A stretch of 36,060 nt of DNA from a virus. Taxonomy: Duplodnaviria; Caudoviricetes. This document shows positions 17,271 through 25,212 of this stretch, one piece after another (within the stretch, counting starts at the first letter, position 1; each line of letters starts with the position of its first letter). Below the pieces are notes generated by a model that saw only the letters and a list, made by a program, of their open reading frames with translations, had not been told where the DNA came from and did not search any database. The position numbers and the translations under genes are program-made. The stretch is from IMG/VR virus record IMGVR_UViG_3300012232_000437, positions 1-36,060 of that record; one strand, given 5' to 3'.

Positions 17271-17391
17271 CTGCGCCTTCTCCCCTCTCTCGTGAGCCCA
17301 CAAAGAAGGAAACCTTCACGCGCGTGGGCGGCCACTATCCATGGAGTGAGAACGGACAGGGTCTACCGCATCGAGGCAACGAGGTAATTCG

Positions 17392-17757
17392 ATGAGCTAC
17401 GTCTACCCAGAGGATGAAGACCTCAAGCGCGTTGCGGAGCACAAATGCGAGTGGCTCAACGACGGAAAGCACCCGGTGTTCTCGCCGTGGTTCGCGCTGA
17501 TCAAGTCGATGTGGTGGATGCCTGATTGGGGCTGGCACGAATTCGACGGCTTTGACGATGGCGATCCTGTGCGCGTGCTGAATATTTCGACGGGCGGATG
17601 GAGCGGCAACGAGAGCCTCATCGGCGCGATGCGTCAGAACTTCATCGGATGGTCGATGACCTTTTACAGCATAAGGCGCGGCGGTCACTACGAGTTCCGC
17701 TTCCCGCGGTTGGTGGAATCACCACAGTCCGGACCCCACGGTCGGGGAGGATGTTGA
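17392..17757 (+). CDS. Trp-rich hypothetical phage protein
   Basis: GAGG RBS; STGGWSGNESLIGAM..RGGHYEF motif. Confidence 0.7.
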   Translation: MSYVYPEDEDLKRVAEHKCEWLNDGKHPVFSPWFALIKSMWWMPDWGWHEFDGFDDGDPVRVLNISTGGWSGNESLIGAMRQNFIGWSMTFYSIRRGGHYEFRFPRLVESPQSGPHGRGGC

Positions 17758-17928
17758 GAGTAGGCAAGGATGACCGCGCGCGACTCTCACTCATCGTCGT
17801 GAGGCTGCGGGGTTGACCCTCCGTGAATTTGCCACGCGCCGAGGCGTCTCTGCGCCGTACATCAGTGACATCGAGAAAAACCGGCGCAACTGTCTACCCG
17901 AGATGCGCGCGGCCTACGAGGCTCTGTG

Positions 17929-18627
17929 ATGAAAATAGAGACGGACGCGCTCGTGAATCACGTCGGGTGTGGCACGGTGGACGCGATGGGTTGTTGCGTG
18001 CTCTGCGAGTTGATACGGGCGCGGCTTCGTGGTCCAGTCGCGAAGGCCCGCGAAACTGGTCCTGTGCCGTGTGCTTCTGCTGTTTTCCCCGTCAGGGAGC
18101 AACGGGTCAGCACTGATTCCGCCTCTGCCGCCCCCTCCATAGAGAACTTGAGGCAGCAAGTAGACGCCATTCGTGAGCATTTCGTGATGCGCGCCAGTGA
18201 ACGCGGCTGCATGGGCGCTGTCGTCATTGATGGCGTGTGCTGCACCAGCGAGTTGCCGTTAGTCGATTGGTGCGACGAGTGCCTCATGGGCCGCATGGCG
18301 TCATTGCTTGAATCGCCAGCCGTCCTTGATCACGAGCGATCCCTCGTCGCCGAGATCCAGCGGCTCAAAGATTTAGTCGATCAATTGGGGCGACTTCATC
18401 GATTCGAGTTCAATCGAGCACAGACCGCCGAGGCCGAGATCCAGCGGCTCACGGACGCCCTGAAGAACAAACAGCTGCAGACGTGCGTTCATCGCGTGGC
18501 GTGGTGCCCGGAATGCGATAACGAATGGTGCAATCAGTGCGGCGATTGGTTCGGACAAGGGAATGACGTTCGCCACAAAGTTTCTGGGCTCACGGACGCC
18601 CTGGACGCGAGGACGCCCGAGAAGTGA
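17929..18627 (+). CDS. Mosaic Cys-rich and coiled-coil hypothetical protein
   Basis: Internal repeats AEIQRL x2 and LTDAL x2; several CxxC. Confidence 0.55.
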   Translation: MKIETDALVNHVGCGTVDAMGCCVLCELIRARLRGPVAKARETGPVPCASAVFPVREQRVSTDSASAAPSIENLRQQVDAIREHFVMRASERGCMGAVVIDGVCCTSELPLVDWCDECLMGRMASLLESPAVLDHERSLVAEIQRLKDLVDQLGRLHRFEFNRAQTAEAEIQRLTDALKNKQLQTCVHRVAWCPECDNEWCNQCGDWFGQGNDVRHKVSGLTDALDARTPEK

Positions 18628-18872
18628 GCACTGGTAGACGTCCAGCGCCGCGCATTGTGGACCCGCCGAGCCAGATGCGTGGCTGCGGGTCGCGGCTGTT
18701 GCGTCTCTACGAATATGCCGCGGCGCACCGCTGGCCTGTGCAGTTCTATCCCGGGGAGGGTGAGGACTGCGCCTTCGCGCCGATGCTCTGGGTGCGGATG
18801 CCCCGCGGTTGGTGGTGGGTCTTAGCCTTCCGAGATGTCCGGCCGTGGCAGTGGGGCACGTTTTGGGTGTGA
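18624..18872 (+). CDS. Hypothetical protein
   Basis: GTGA coupling; overlaps the tail of the opposite-strand PEP-CTERM ORF. Confidence 0.4.
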   Translation: MSTGRRPAPRIVDPPSQMRGCGSRLLRLYEYAAAHRWPVQFYPGEGEDCAFAPMLWVRMPRGWWWVLAFRDVRPWQWGTFWV

Positions 18873-19394
18873 CTGATGCGCCAGAGCACGACCAAGCCCA
18901 CCGCCAGCAAGGCCAGTGTGGACGGCTCCGGCACTTGGCTGAAGGTGGCCTGCATGGCGACATCGCGATCGTGCGGCAAGTCGGTATCGACCAAATGGCT
19001 ATCGGTGTAGAACAGCAGCGCCACCCCGACGACACCCGGCCCGCCGTTGGTCAAGGTGGTGGCCATAGTCCAGCCGGCAGATTCGGGCACGAGGTAGGCG
19101 AGGTAATTCAGGCCGGAGGTCAGCTCAAGGCCGCCCGGGATAGTGGCTGTGAGGCTGCTGTCTGTCTGCCACGGCGTCGAGAAGAGGTCGCCGGCCCAAC
19201 GGCCTCGGTCGTCCAAGAGTCCCACTGCGAGGCGATAGGTGAGCGTGGCAGCGGTATCCGATGGTGTGGCGGCGATGGAGAAGGACTCGAGCCGCTGATC
19301 CTCGGCTGGCACGAAGCCGTCAGTCCAGATGCTGGGCGTCAGCCAGTTGCCATAGCCCACGCCGGCCTGCATGGTGGGCACTGTCTCAGTTTGG

Positions 19395-19760
19395 CTAGTC
19401 GGACTTGCGCTTTTCCATTAACCCGCTAGCGAAATTAGTGACCAGCGACGAACCGATACCAGCGATCAAGAGGTTCTGCAGTTCACGCCGCTGGTCGGAG
19501 TTAAGGAAGTGAGCGGTTTGAGGCGTGAGTATGTGCCACAACCAGACGACTGAAATCGCCACTGTACCGATGAGAGCCACGACCAGAAGGACCCACATGG
19601 CGAATACCGTCGCTCGATGGACATGCTCGCGAATCGATTCATCGCGACGAGCGTTGCCGAGTCTTTGGCTGGCAATAGCTGCCGCTTCGGCGTGAGCACG
19701 CCGATCTGGTTCTGGCGGAACTTCGACGGTGAAGCCGCCAGCGTCCGGCCCGTCTAGCAT
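19395..19760 (-). CDS. Membrane protein, candidate toxin partner of Panacea
   Basis: Two hydrophobic segments; starts 5 nt after the antitoxin stop. Confidence 0.7.
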   Translation of the reverse strand: MLDGPDAGGFTVEVPPEPDRRAHAEAAAIASQRLGNARRDESIREHVHRATVFAMWVLLVVALIGTVAISVVWLWHILTPQTAHFLNSDQRRELQNLLIAGIGSSLVTNFASGLMEKRKSD

Positions 19761-19765
19761 TGTGC

Positions 19766-20266
19766 TTATGCGGACGCGGTGCTAGCGACTTGCGGTGTTC
19801 TGTGCGATAGGCGTCGATAGTGATCCTCGATCAAGTCGTTCGAGATGACGCCCAAGCTGCCATGCATCGCCCGCTTAGTGAGATCCCACGGCGAGCCCTT
19901 CTGGTGGGTCAGCGCAGACAGCTGAACGCCCGTGTACGTATGGTAGGCGTTCCAGACCTGCTCCATCACCTTGCGCTCTCGACCATCGAACTCAATCGGC
20001 TGGTGTTGCGGGCAATCGGTAATGAACTTGCTCCCGAACTTCTTATAGCGGTGATAGACGGACGCGACCACCGGGCCGTATTGCCACGCCTCCACCTGCT
20101 CGGCAAACAATGGCCTACTGTGCAGTCCTAGCATCCAGCCGTGAGAGATGTAGACCATCTTCAACAGCTGCATGGGCGTAATGGGATCTTCCCGTGACAA
20201 CCACATGAAGTACTCCGCAACACGTTCAGCCGTATGACTCTTGGACACTAGAAGCGATCTTAGCAT
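19766..20266 (-). CDS. Panacea (SocA/DUF4065) antitoxin
   Basis: TPMQLLKMVYISHG, EAWQYGPVV, LSALTHQKGSPW. Confidence 0.92.
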   Translation of the reverse strand: MLRSLLVSKSHTAERVAEYFMWLSREDPITPMQLLKMVYISHGWMLGLHSRPLFAEQVEAWQYGPVVASVYHRYKKFGSKFITDCPQHQPIEFDGRERKVMEQVWNAYHTYTGVQLSALTHQKGSPWDLTKRAMHGSLGVISNDLIEDHYRRLSHRTPQVASTASA

Positions 20267-20301
20267 GCGGTGCCAGAAACCGCTGAAAATGTCAAGGGCG
20301 T

Positions 20302-20571
20302 TCAGTTGGGCGGCGCCTGCGGCAAGTCAGTCCCACGGCGCTTATGCGGGAAAAATTCCGATACCTGACAACCGAGCGCTTTCGCGAGCAAGATCAGCGT
20401 GGCGACCGTGGCGTTGCCGGTGCGCTCGATTTTTAGGATGCCTTGGCGAGTCATCCTGGCACGTCTCGCAAGCTCACTCCGCGACAATCCGGAGCGAATG
20501 CGAGCGGCGCGCAGCTCGCGCGCGAATGCTTGCAAGTCCGGACGGATAGCGAGCGCGGGCGGTAACTTCAC
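20302..20571 (-). CDS. XRE-family HTH regulator
   Basis: LRAARIRSGLSRSELARRARMTRQGILKIER..LAKALG; abuts the transposase stop. Confidence 0.85.
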   Translation of the reverse strand: MKLPPALAIRPDLQAFARELRAARIRSGLSRSELARRARMTRQGILKIERTGNATVATLILLAKALGCQVSEFFPHKRRGTDLPQAPPN

Positions 20572-21417
20572 CTACGCCGCTTTCGCTTCGGCCGCATCAA
20601 GCAGCCCGATTATTTCCTCGACAGACCACACGCGATCCGTGAGGCCAGCAGCCATCGCAGGCGTACCGCCGAGCGCCTTCTGTGAACGCGCAAAGTTGTA
20701 GTGCATATAGTGCAGTGCCAGCGCGTGCTCGTGATTCTCGACCTTCTTGGAATGGCCGTTCGTCAAGCGCGTGAATCGGCGCATCGACATCCGCATCTGG
20801 AGATTCTGTCTCTCGATATAGCTGGTCGAAATGTGCTCGATGGCTGGATCGCCTGACACGACCTGCACCTTTGTCTCGATGCAGACTGCGGGCGCGTAGC
20901 GCTTCTCTGCGTTCGGGTCGCTCCCGTACACTTTTATCAATCTCGCGTAGTCGATCTCCGTGCCGAACGCCGCGTCGGTCGCTTCGAGATAGGCGTGGAG
21001 TCCATCCGTGGTGAGCTGCACGCGCGATGTGAGGCGCGCTGCAAGATCCTGCATGAACGGATACGCGGTTTCGGCAGTGCGACGGCCAACGACCCACGAC
21101 AGCACCAGCTTTGAATCCGCGCACTGGCCGACCCACGTCCACAGGTCACCGAATCCAAAAACACCCTTGTATTCCTGCGGCACGTTCTCTCGACGCGCGT
21201 AGCAGAACGACCAAATCTCATCGCACTGCACGCGCTTCGCTGGCACGTTGCGCACGTTCGCGTCGTGGAAGGCTTCGCACGCCGCGCCGAGGTCAACCAG
21301 CAGTTTGGTCACGGTGTTGATGGACACGCCAACCATGCGGGTGATGCTTCGCAGGCTGTTTCCCTCGACAAGGGCCTTCACGATTTGGACCCGCTTGGCC
21401 GTGCTCAACTTGTTCAT
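20572..21417 (-). CDS. IS1-like DDE transposase
   Basis: N-terminal HTH, QCDEIWSF, LTTDG, STSYIERQN..MRRFTRLTN; matching IR and target duplication. Confidence 0.92.
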   Translation of the reverse strand: MNKLSTAKRVQIVKALVEGNSLRSITRMVGVSINTVTKLLVDLGAACEAFHDANVRNVPAKRVQCDEIWSFCYARRENVPQEYKGVFGFGDLWTWVGQCADSKLVLSWVVGRRTAETAYPFMQDLAARLTSRVQLTTDGLHAYLEATDAAFGTEIDYARLIKVYGSDPNAEKRYAPAVCIETKVQVVSGDPAIEHISTSYIERQNLQMRMSMRRFTRLTNGHSKKVENHEHALALHYMHYNFARSQKALGGTPAMAAGLTDRVWSVEEIIGLLDAAEAKAA

Positions 21418-21423
21418 GAGATA

Positions 21424-21452
21424 AGTATGCGTGAGCGCTCACGTATAGTCAA
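21424..21452 (-). promoter_or_regulatory. Transposase promoter with palindromic operator, probably leaderless
   Basis: TTGACT-17 nt-CATACT, ATG 6 nt later; palindrome CGTGAGCGCTCACG at 21430-21443 in the spacer. Confidence 0.75.
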
Positions 21453-21491
21453 GACAGAAATGGCGTACAGGGGAGGGCGACTGCAATTAAT

Positions 21492-21520
21492 TTGCAGTGA
21501 CGGATCAGTCTGATTAGAAT
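21492..21520 (+). promoter_or_regulatory. Sigma70-type promoter pointing into the non-coding hairpin region
   Basis: TTGCAG-17 nt-TAGAAT; inverted repeat CTGCAA-N5-TTGCAG overlaps the -35. Confidence 0.65.
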
Positions 21521-21526
21521 GGGGAA

Positions 21527-21725
21527 TTGAAGAGGCAGCTCGGTTAGGTGGTCTTGGCCGACCACCTAACCGAGCTTTTCGAGCCTGTTCACCAGCAGCC
21601 CGCTATCTAGGCTAATCCTTGCCAAGGGGACCTAGTTAGCGGGCTTTCCCTCGTACCGGCCCCCGCGTTCGGTGAACGCGTCAATCGCAGGGGCTTGAGT
21701 GGGTTTCTTCATCGCTGCCCTCCGT
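21527..21725 (+). ncRNA. Candidate IS-encoded structured RNA
   Basis: 17-bp perfect hairpin 21537-21576, second long hairpin ~21597-21645, third ~21659-21694; no ORF of 60 aa or more; promoter upstream. Confidence 0.6.
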
Positions 21726-21732
21726 CTCGCCA

Positions 21733-22206
21733 CTAGCGAGCTAGCTTGAGCTGGGCTTGGGCTGGGACGGCTTCAGGCTCGCCATCGGCGCCCTCAGCGC
21801 CATGCTCAAACTCGATCAGCCCGAACGTGTTCGGCTCAGGCCGAGTGAAAATCTCCCTCTTACGTGCATAGGCGGAGAGCGCGCTAGCCAAAGCCCGCTT
21901 GTTCGCAAGCGTTGTAGCCACGCCCATGCTTTCTAATAGGTTCACCAAATACACGGGGCGACCGGCGCTCTTTAGGACCGGATAAGCCCTTGCGGGCATG
22001 CTGCCCTTGCGTAGGGCACGAGCGCTTTCAGCGGCAGACTGAGGTGGAGTGGTGCGCTCAGCCAACTTGAGGGCTTCTTCAAGGCCCTGCACGTAAGCCT
22101 GCGCTGCCGTCCGCTGTTGCTCAAGAGCGGCTGCCTGCTGGTCAATGGCCGCAATCTCTTGCCTCTTGGCCCTGATGCGACGCGACAGGTCGTCTGTGAG
22201 TGCCAT
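21733..22206 (-). CDS. Coiled-coil plus winged-HTH-like protein
   Basis: N-terminal heptads; C-terminal AYPVLKSAGRPVYLVNLL..IFTRPEPNTFGL. Confidence 0.7.
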   Translation of the reverse strand: MALTDDLSRRIRAKRQEIAAIDQQAAALEQQRTAAQAYVQGLEEALKLAERTTPPQSAAESARALRKGSMPARAYPVLKSAGRPVYLVNLLESMGVATTLANKRALASALSAYARKREIFTRPEPNTFGLIEFEHGAEGADGEPEAVPAQAQLKLAR

Positions 22207-22278
22207 GCCGTGCAGTGTATCACGGCTGAGCAAATGAGTGAGAAGGCTAAATTAGGGGTGACGGTGATGAGTGACAGG

Positions 22279-22521
22279 CTAGGCCACAGGCTTCTTACTC
22301 TTCGCCCAACGAGCCTTCGCAGCCTTACTCGCGCTGGCCGACAACTCACCCTTCGACAGCTTCGCCGCGCGTGCGTGACCACCCTTGAGGCCACCACGGC
22401 GCCCCAGTGCGACGGCGAGCGGGTCCTTGCCTTCGGCCTCAGCATTCTTGAACATCTGCTTCAGCACATTGAACGCGCTCTGATTCGGGTCTGATTTTTC
22501 CTTGCGTGACCGCTTTGGCAT
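22279..22521 (-). CDS. Small basic IS-associated protein
   Basis: DPLAVALGRRGGLKGGHARAAKLS..AAKARW motif, a family often found beside this transposase type and loosely annotated histone-H1-like or RNA-binding. Confidence 0.8.
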   Translation of the reverse strand: MPKRSRKEKSDPNQSAFNVLKQMFKNAEAEGKDPLAVALGRRGGLKGGHARAAKLSKGELSASASKAAKARWAKSKKPVA

Positions 22522-22712
22522 GCGGCCAGTATCGCACGGTCTTGTACTTTCGTCGCGGCTAGTTCAAACTGAGACAGTGCCGCATGGTGAGCTCGCCGCC
22601 GGCAATGGCATCCACGGTGAGGGTGCTGGCGAGGGCGCTGGAGGGAGCCAGCAGGAGCAGGGCGATCAGGGCGAGTTTCATAGCGCCGCAGAGTATAGCA
22701 GCGAGGTTCCTG

Positions 22713-22889
22713 ATGAGTGAGCATGAACAAATCACCGTGAAGGAATACGCGTCAATCTTTCGTCTGCACATCCAGACGGTCTACACGGCGATTCGATACA
22801 ACCGTCTCCCACATCACGTCATTCGCGTCGGCCGAGCCATTCGTATCTCTGTTCCACGTGAAAGCATAAACGAACGTAAGACAGCGTAA
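22713..22889 (+). CDS. Excisionase-like HTH DNA-binding protein
   Basis: ITVKEYASIFRLHIQTVYTAIRYNRL..IRVGRAIRI. Confidence 0.8.
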   Translation: MSEHEQITVKEYASIFRLHIQTVYTAIRYNRLPHHVIRVGRAIRISVPRESINERKTA

Positions 22890-22965
22890 ACACGCTGAAT
22901 GCAATAGCCCGCCTGAGGCGCGCACACTACCCGCGTTGCCCCTCCATGCCCTTGAAAGGCCTTCT

Positions 22966-23379
22966 GTGATACACGTCAGAACGCTCTTGGTGTCGCTGCT
23001 CGCGGTGTTCCTGGCTGCGCCTGTCTTCGCGCAGACCCCTCCGGTGAGTTACGACCTCATCATCTACACCCCTGGGAGTGCGACCGCGCAGACGCGAAAT
23101 GTGCTGGCCACGGCGGTGCAGTGCAATCAGCCCGTGCCCACGACCACCAACGCTAATCCGACCACGTGGTTCTGGAGTGATCCGCAGTTCACGGGCCGGT
23201 TATGCAAGACCGATGACGCGGCGCGACTGACGGCGTTGCCGGATGGGACGTATAACGGCACGGTCGTCCCGATTGATGCGAACGGCATACGGGGCGTGGA
23301 GAGTGCCTCGGCCCCTTTTACACGGCTGCGAGCCCCCCTGCCCCCAGTTGCAGTGACGGGAGTACGTCTAGCCCGGTAG
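22966..23379 (+). CDS. Secreted beta-sandwich (FN3-like) protein
   Basis: Signal peptide ending APVFA-Q; LPDGTY..VVPIDANG..ESAS pattern. Confidence 0.65.
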   Translation: MIHVRTLLVSLLAVFLAAPVFAQTPPVSYDLIIYTPGSATAQTRNVLATAVQCNQPVPTTTNANPTTWFWSDPQFTGRLCKTDDAARLTALPDGTYNGTVVPIDANGIRGVESASAPFTRLRAPLPPVAVTGVRLAR

Positions 23380-23393
23380 GGGAAGTGCTGTCC

Positions 23394-23519
23394 GTGAAGA
23401 TTCGCCTGACCGAGTGGGAGGCCTGGCGGATCAAGATGCAGGCGAACGGCTGGCAGCTGCAAGTGATTCGCTGGAATACCTCGTGGTGGTGGGGCTATGT
23501 GATCTGCGTCGGAGTATGA
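23394..23519 (+). CDS. Trp-rich peptide (41 aa)
   Basis: GTG start; ATGA coupling to next ORF. Confidence 0.35.
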   Translation: MKIRLTEWEAWRIKMQANGWQLQVIRWNTSWWWGYVICVGV

Positions 23520-23731
23520 CCGAGGCCGATCGGCGTCAGTGTGAATTGATCGATGCGTATCTCGCAGACCTGTGGTGTCCGGAACGGCCGCGGTGGTGCA
23601 TGGAAGGTCCAGCGGCGCCCGTGTTGATTACCGTGACGCGATCGACGTCGCGCTGGATTCGACATCTGGATCACGAATCCTTGCGGGTGCGGTCTTATGC
23701 TGACGTGCTGGAGATGATTCGAGCCGCATGA
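23516..23731 (+). CDS. Hypothetical protein
   Basis: Coupled at both ends by ATGA overlaps. Confidence 0.55.
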   Translation: MTEADRRQCELIDAYLADLWCPERPRWCMEGPAAPVLITVTRSTSRWIRHLDHESLRVRSYADVLEMIRAA

Positions 23732-23997
23732 GTCGACGCCGCCATCGCCTCATCGATCAGCCCATTCAGGATCTCGCGATCCATCCACACACGTTCACCA
23801 CGGTGCAGCGACTGGCTGAATATCTCGAGGTCGAGCGCGACACCATTGTGCGGATGATCAACTGGCGCGTCCTGCACGCGTTCAAGGTCGGCCGAGAATG
23901 GCGTATCCCGATTGACGCCGCTCGTCAGGCCTTCCCAAGTGCCCATGATGTTCGACGTGGAACACCCATGGCCCTCAGTAGCCCACAGCGGCATTGA
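23728..23997 (+). CDS. Second excisionase-like HTH protein
   Basis: TTVQRLAEYLEVERDTIVRMINWRVLHAFKVGREWRIP. Confidence 0.8.
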   Translation: MSRRRHRLIDQPIQDLAIHPHTFTTVQRLAEYLEVERDTIVRMINWRVLHAFKVGREWRIPIDAARQAFPSAHDVRRGTPMALSSPQRH

Positions 23998-24052
23998 CCA
24001 CTGGCCTTCTCTCACTCACCACGCGCACACTTTCAGCCGGAGGATTCCTCAC

Positions 24053-24682
24053 ATGAGTTTCAACAAGGGCGACAAGATCCATCTGCATGATGGCCGGATC
24101 GTCACGGTCCGTCGCAAGGGCGTGGTCCCGAAGATCCACCGGGCACCCGGCGACAACAGCCGGATTCGTGGGTTCATCCGCGCGGCGATTGTGGAGATGG
24201 ACGGCAGCGAACATCCCGCCGACTGGCACGAGAACATCGTCACCGAATACGGCCACGGCATGATCGTCCGCAACTACGTGGGGCTGGCCTCGAGCGCGTC
24301 CAGCGTGGCGGCGACGGTGCTCAGCGATCTCGGCCTCGCCAGATTCTGGGGCCTTGGCTATCACACCCAGGCACAGAGCTCGAACTTCTCCACCCAATCA
24401 GCGATCGACTCGACCGAATACGGATTGGCCTCAACCGGCGGTGTCTCGAGAGCCACGGTGAGTGTCGGCAGCCAGCGCCTGTCAGGTACCTGGAGCCTCT
24501 CGCAGAGTTTCCAGTACGAGTCGAGCCGCATCTCCCACGCGGTCACGGTGAACTGCATCGCCCAGTATCACAACAGCTCGGTCGGGGCTGGCACCGCACA
24601 CAGCCTTGCTACGTTTGCATCAAGTACTAAAGGAACAACGCAGGCTCTTAACTGCACGTACAATTGGTTATTTTCAACGTAG
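24053..24682 (+). CDS. Ser/Thr-rich putative virion protein
   Basis: GGAGG RBS; ENIVTEYG..GLG..LNCTYNWLF resembles tail-fibre or baseplate-attachment domains. Confidence 0.65.
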   Translation: MSFNKGDKIHLHDGRIVTVRRKGVVPKIHRAPGDNSRIRGFIRAAIVEMDGSEHPADWHENIVTEYGHGMIVRNYVGLASSASSVAATVLSDLGLARFWGLGYHTQAQSSNFSTQSAIDSTEYGLASTGGVSRATVSVGSQRLSGTWSLSQSFQYESSRISHAVTVNCIAQYHNSSVGAGTAHSLATFASSTKGTTQALNCTYNWLFST

Positions 24683-25212
24683 CGCTTGAGAACTTGTGTT
24701 ATGATTAAGTCATGGAAAAAGAATGGCTTAAGGCACAAGTTGAATCTGGCAGGGCGGACAAAGACATTGCTGCTGATTTAGGTCTAACGGTTCATGCCGT
24801 TGGTTATTGGCGGCGGTCATTTGGGATTCCTCCGCGGCCGGCCAGTGAGCGCGTTAAGGGTGGGATTCGCGACCGATGGCCGAACGGTAGAAACGGATCA
24901 GAGGCTGCCAATTGGAAGGGCGGGAGACGTTCGGTGCGGCAGGTGTGCCTGTTGCTGAATGTGCCGGCGACGCGGCTGATCTTCAGCCCGGAAGAGGCTG
25001 AGGACGTGGCGGACAAACTGCGGTATTACGCCAAGGCGGCGAGGGGGGAGAAGCCGTCATGATGCGCGCATCCTCAGTGGGCTGGAGATCAGGTCAGACC
25101 AGTTCCATGTGACGGACTTCGTGACCAGCGATTATTACGTGGTGGGGCGGCGAAGCGCGAGATGGTTTGGGATTCGGATCCCGTATCGTCTGGCGCTGTG
25201 GTTTCAACGTAG
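24672..25212. mobile_element. Cassette flanked by 11-bp direct repeat TTTCAACGTAG
   Basis: Repeat at 24672-24682 (includes upstream TAG) and 25202-25212 (abuts next GTG start); AT-richer sequence at the left end. Confidence 0.6.
24712..25062 (+). CDS. HTH plus NWKGG protein, probable homing-endonuclease remnant fusion
   Basis: DIAADLGLTVHAVGYWRRSFGIP and AANWKGGR but no HNH core; extended -10 TGTTATGAT upstream. Confidence 0.6.
   Translation: MEKEWLKAQVESGRADKDIAADLGLTVHAVGYWRRSFGIPPRPASERVKGGIRDRWPNGRNGSEAANWKGGRRSVRQVCLLLNVPATRLIFSPEEAEDVADKLRYYAKAARGEKPS

Larger units (their letters stand above)
15437..17369 (+). repeat. Dispersed direct-repeat family at small-gene starts
   Basis: Core CTCTCTCGTGAGCC at 15459, 16561, 17017 and 17285; 36-nt identity 15437-15472 = 16995-17030; ~85-nt similarity between 15459-15541 and 17285-17370. 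Confidence 0.85.
19377..22581. mobile_element. IS1-like element with passenger genes, 3205 bp
   Basis: Perfect 17-bp IR GGCACTGTCTCAGTTTG (19377-19393, 22565-22581); 8-bp target duplication GCATGGTG (19369-19376, 22582-22589). Confidence 0.95.
18746..22681 (-). pseudogene. PEP-CTERM surface protein (~240 aa) split by the IS1-like element
   Basis: Signal peptide MKLALIALLLLAPSSALA at 22681 joins in frame (..GGELTM-QAGVGY..) to the part ending VPEPSTLALLAVGLVVLWR. Confidence 0.88.

Noticed and set aside
15437-17370. Repeats as a CRISPR array or integron attC sites
   Set aside because: Spacing is irregular at hundreds of bp, copies vary in length, and there are no cas genes, integron integrase or attC-type hairpins
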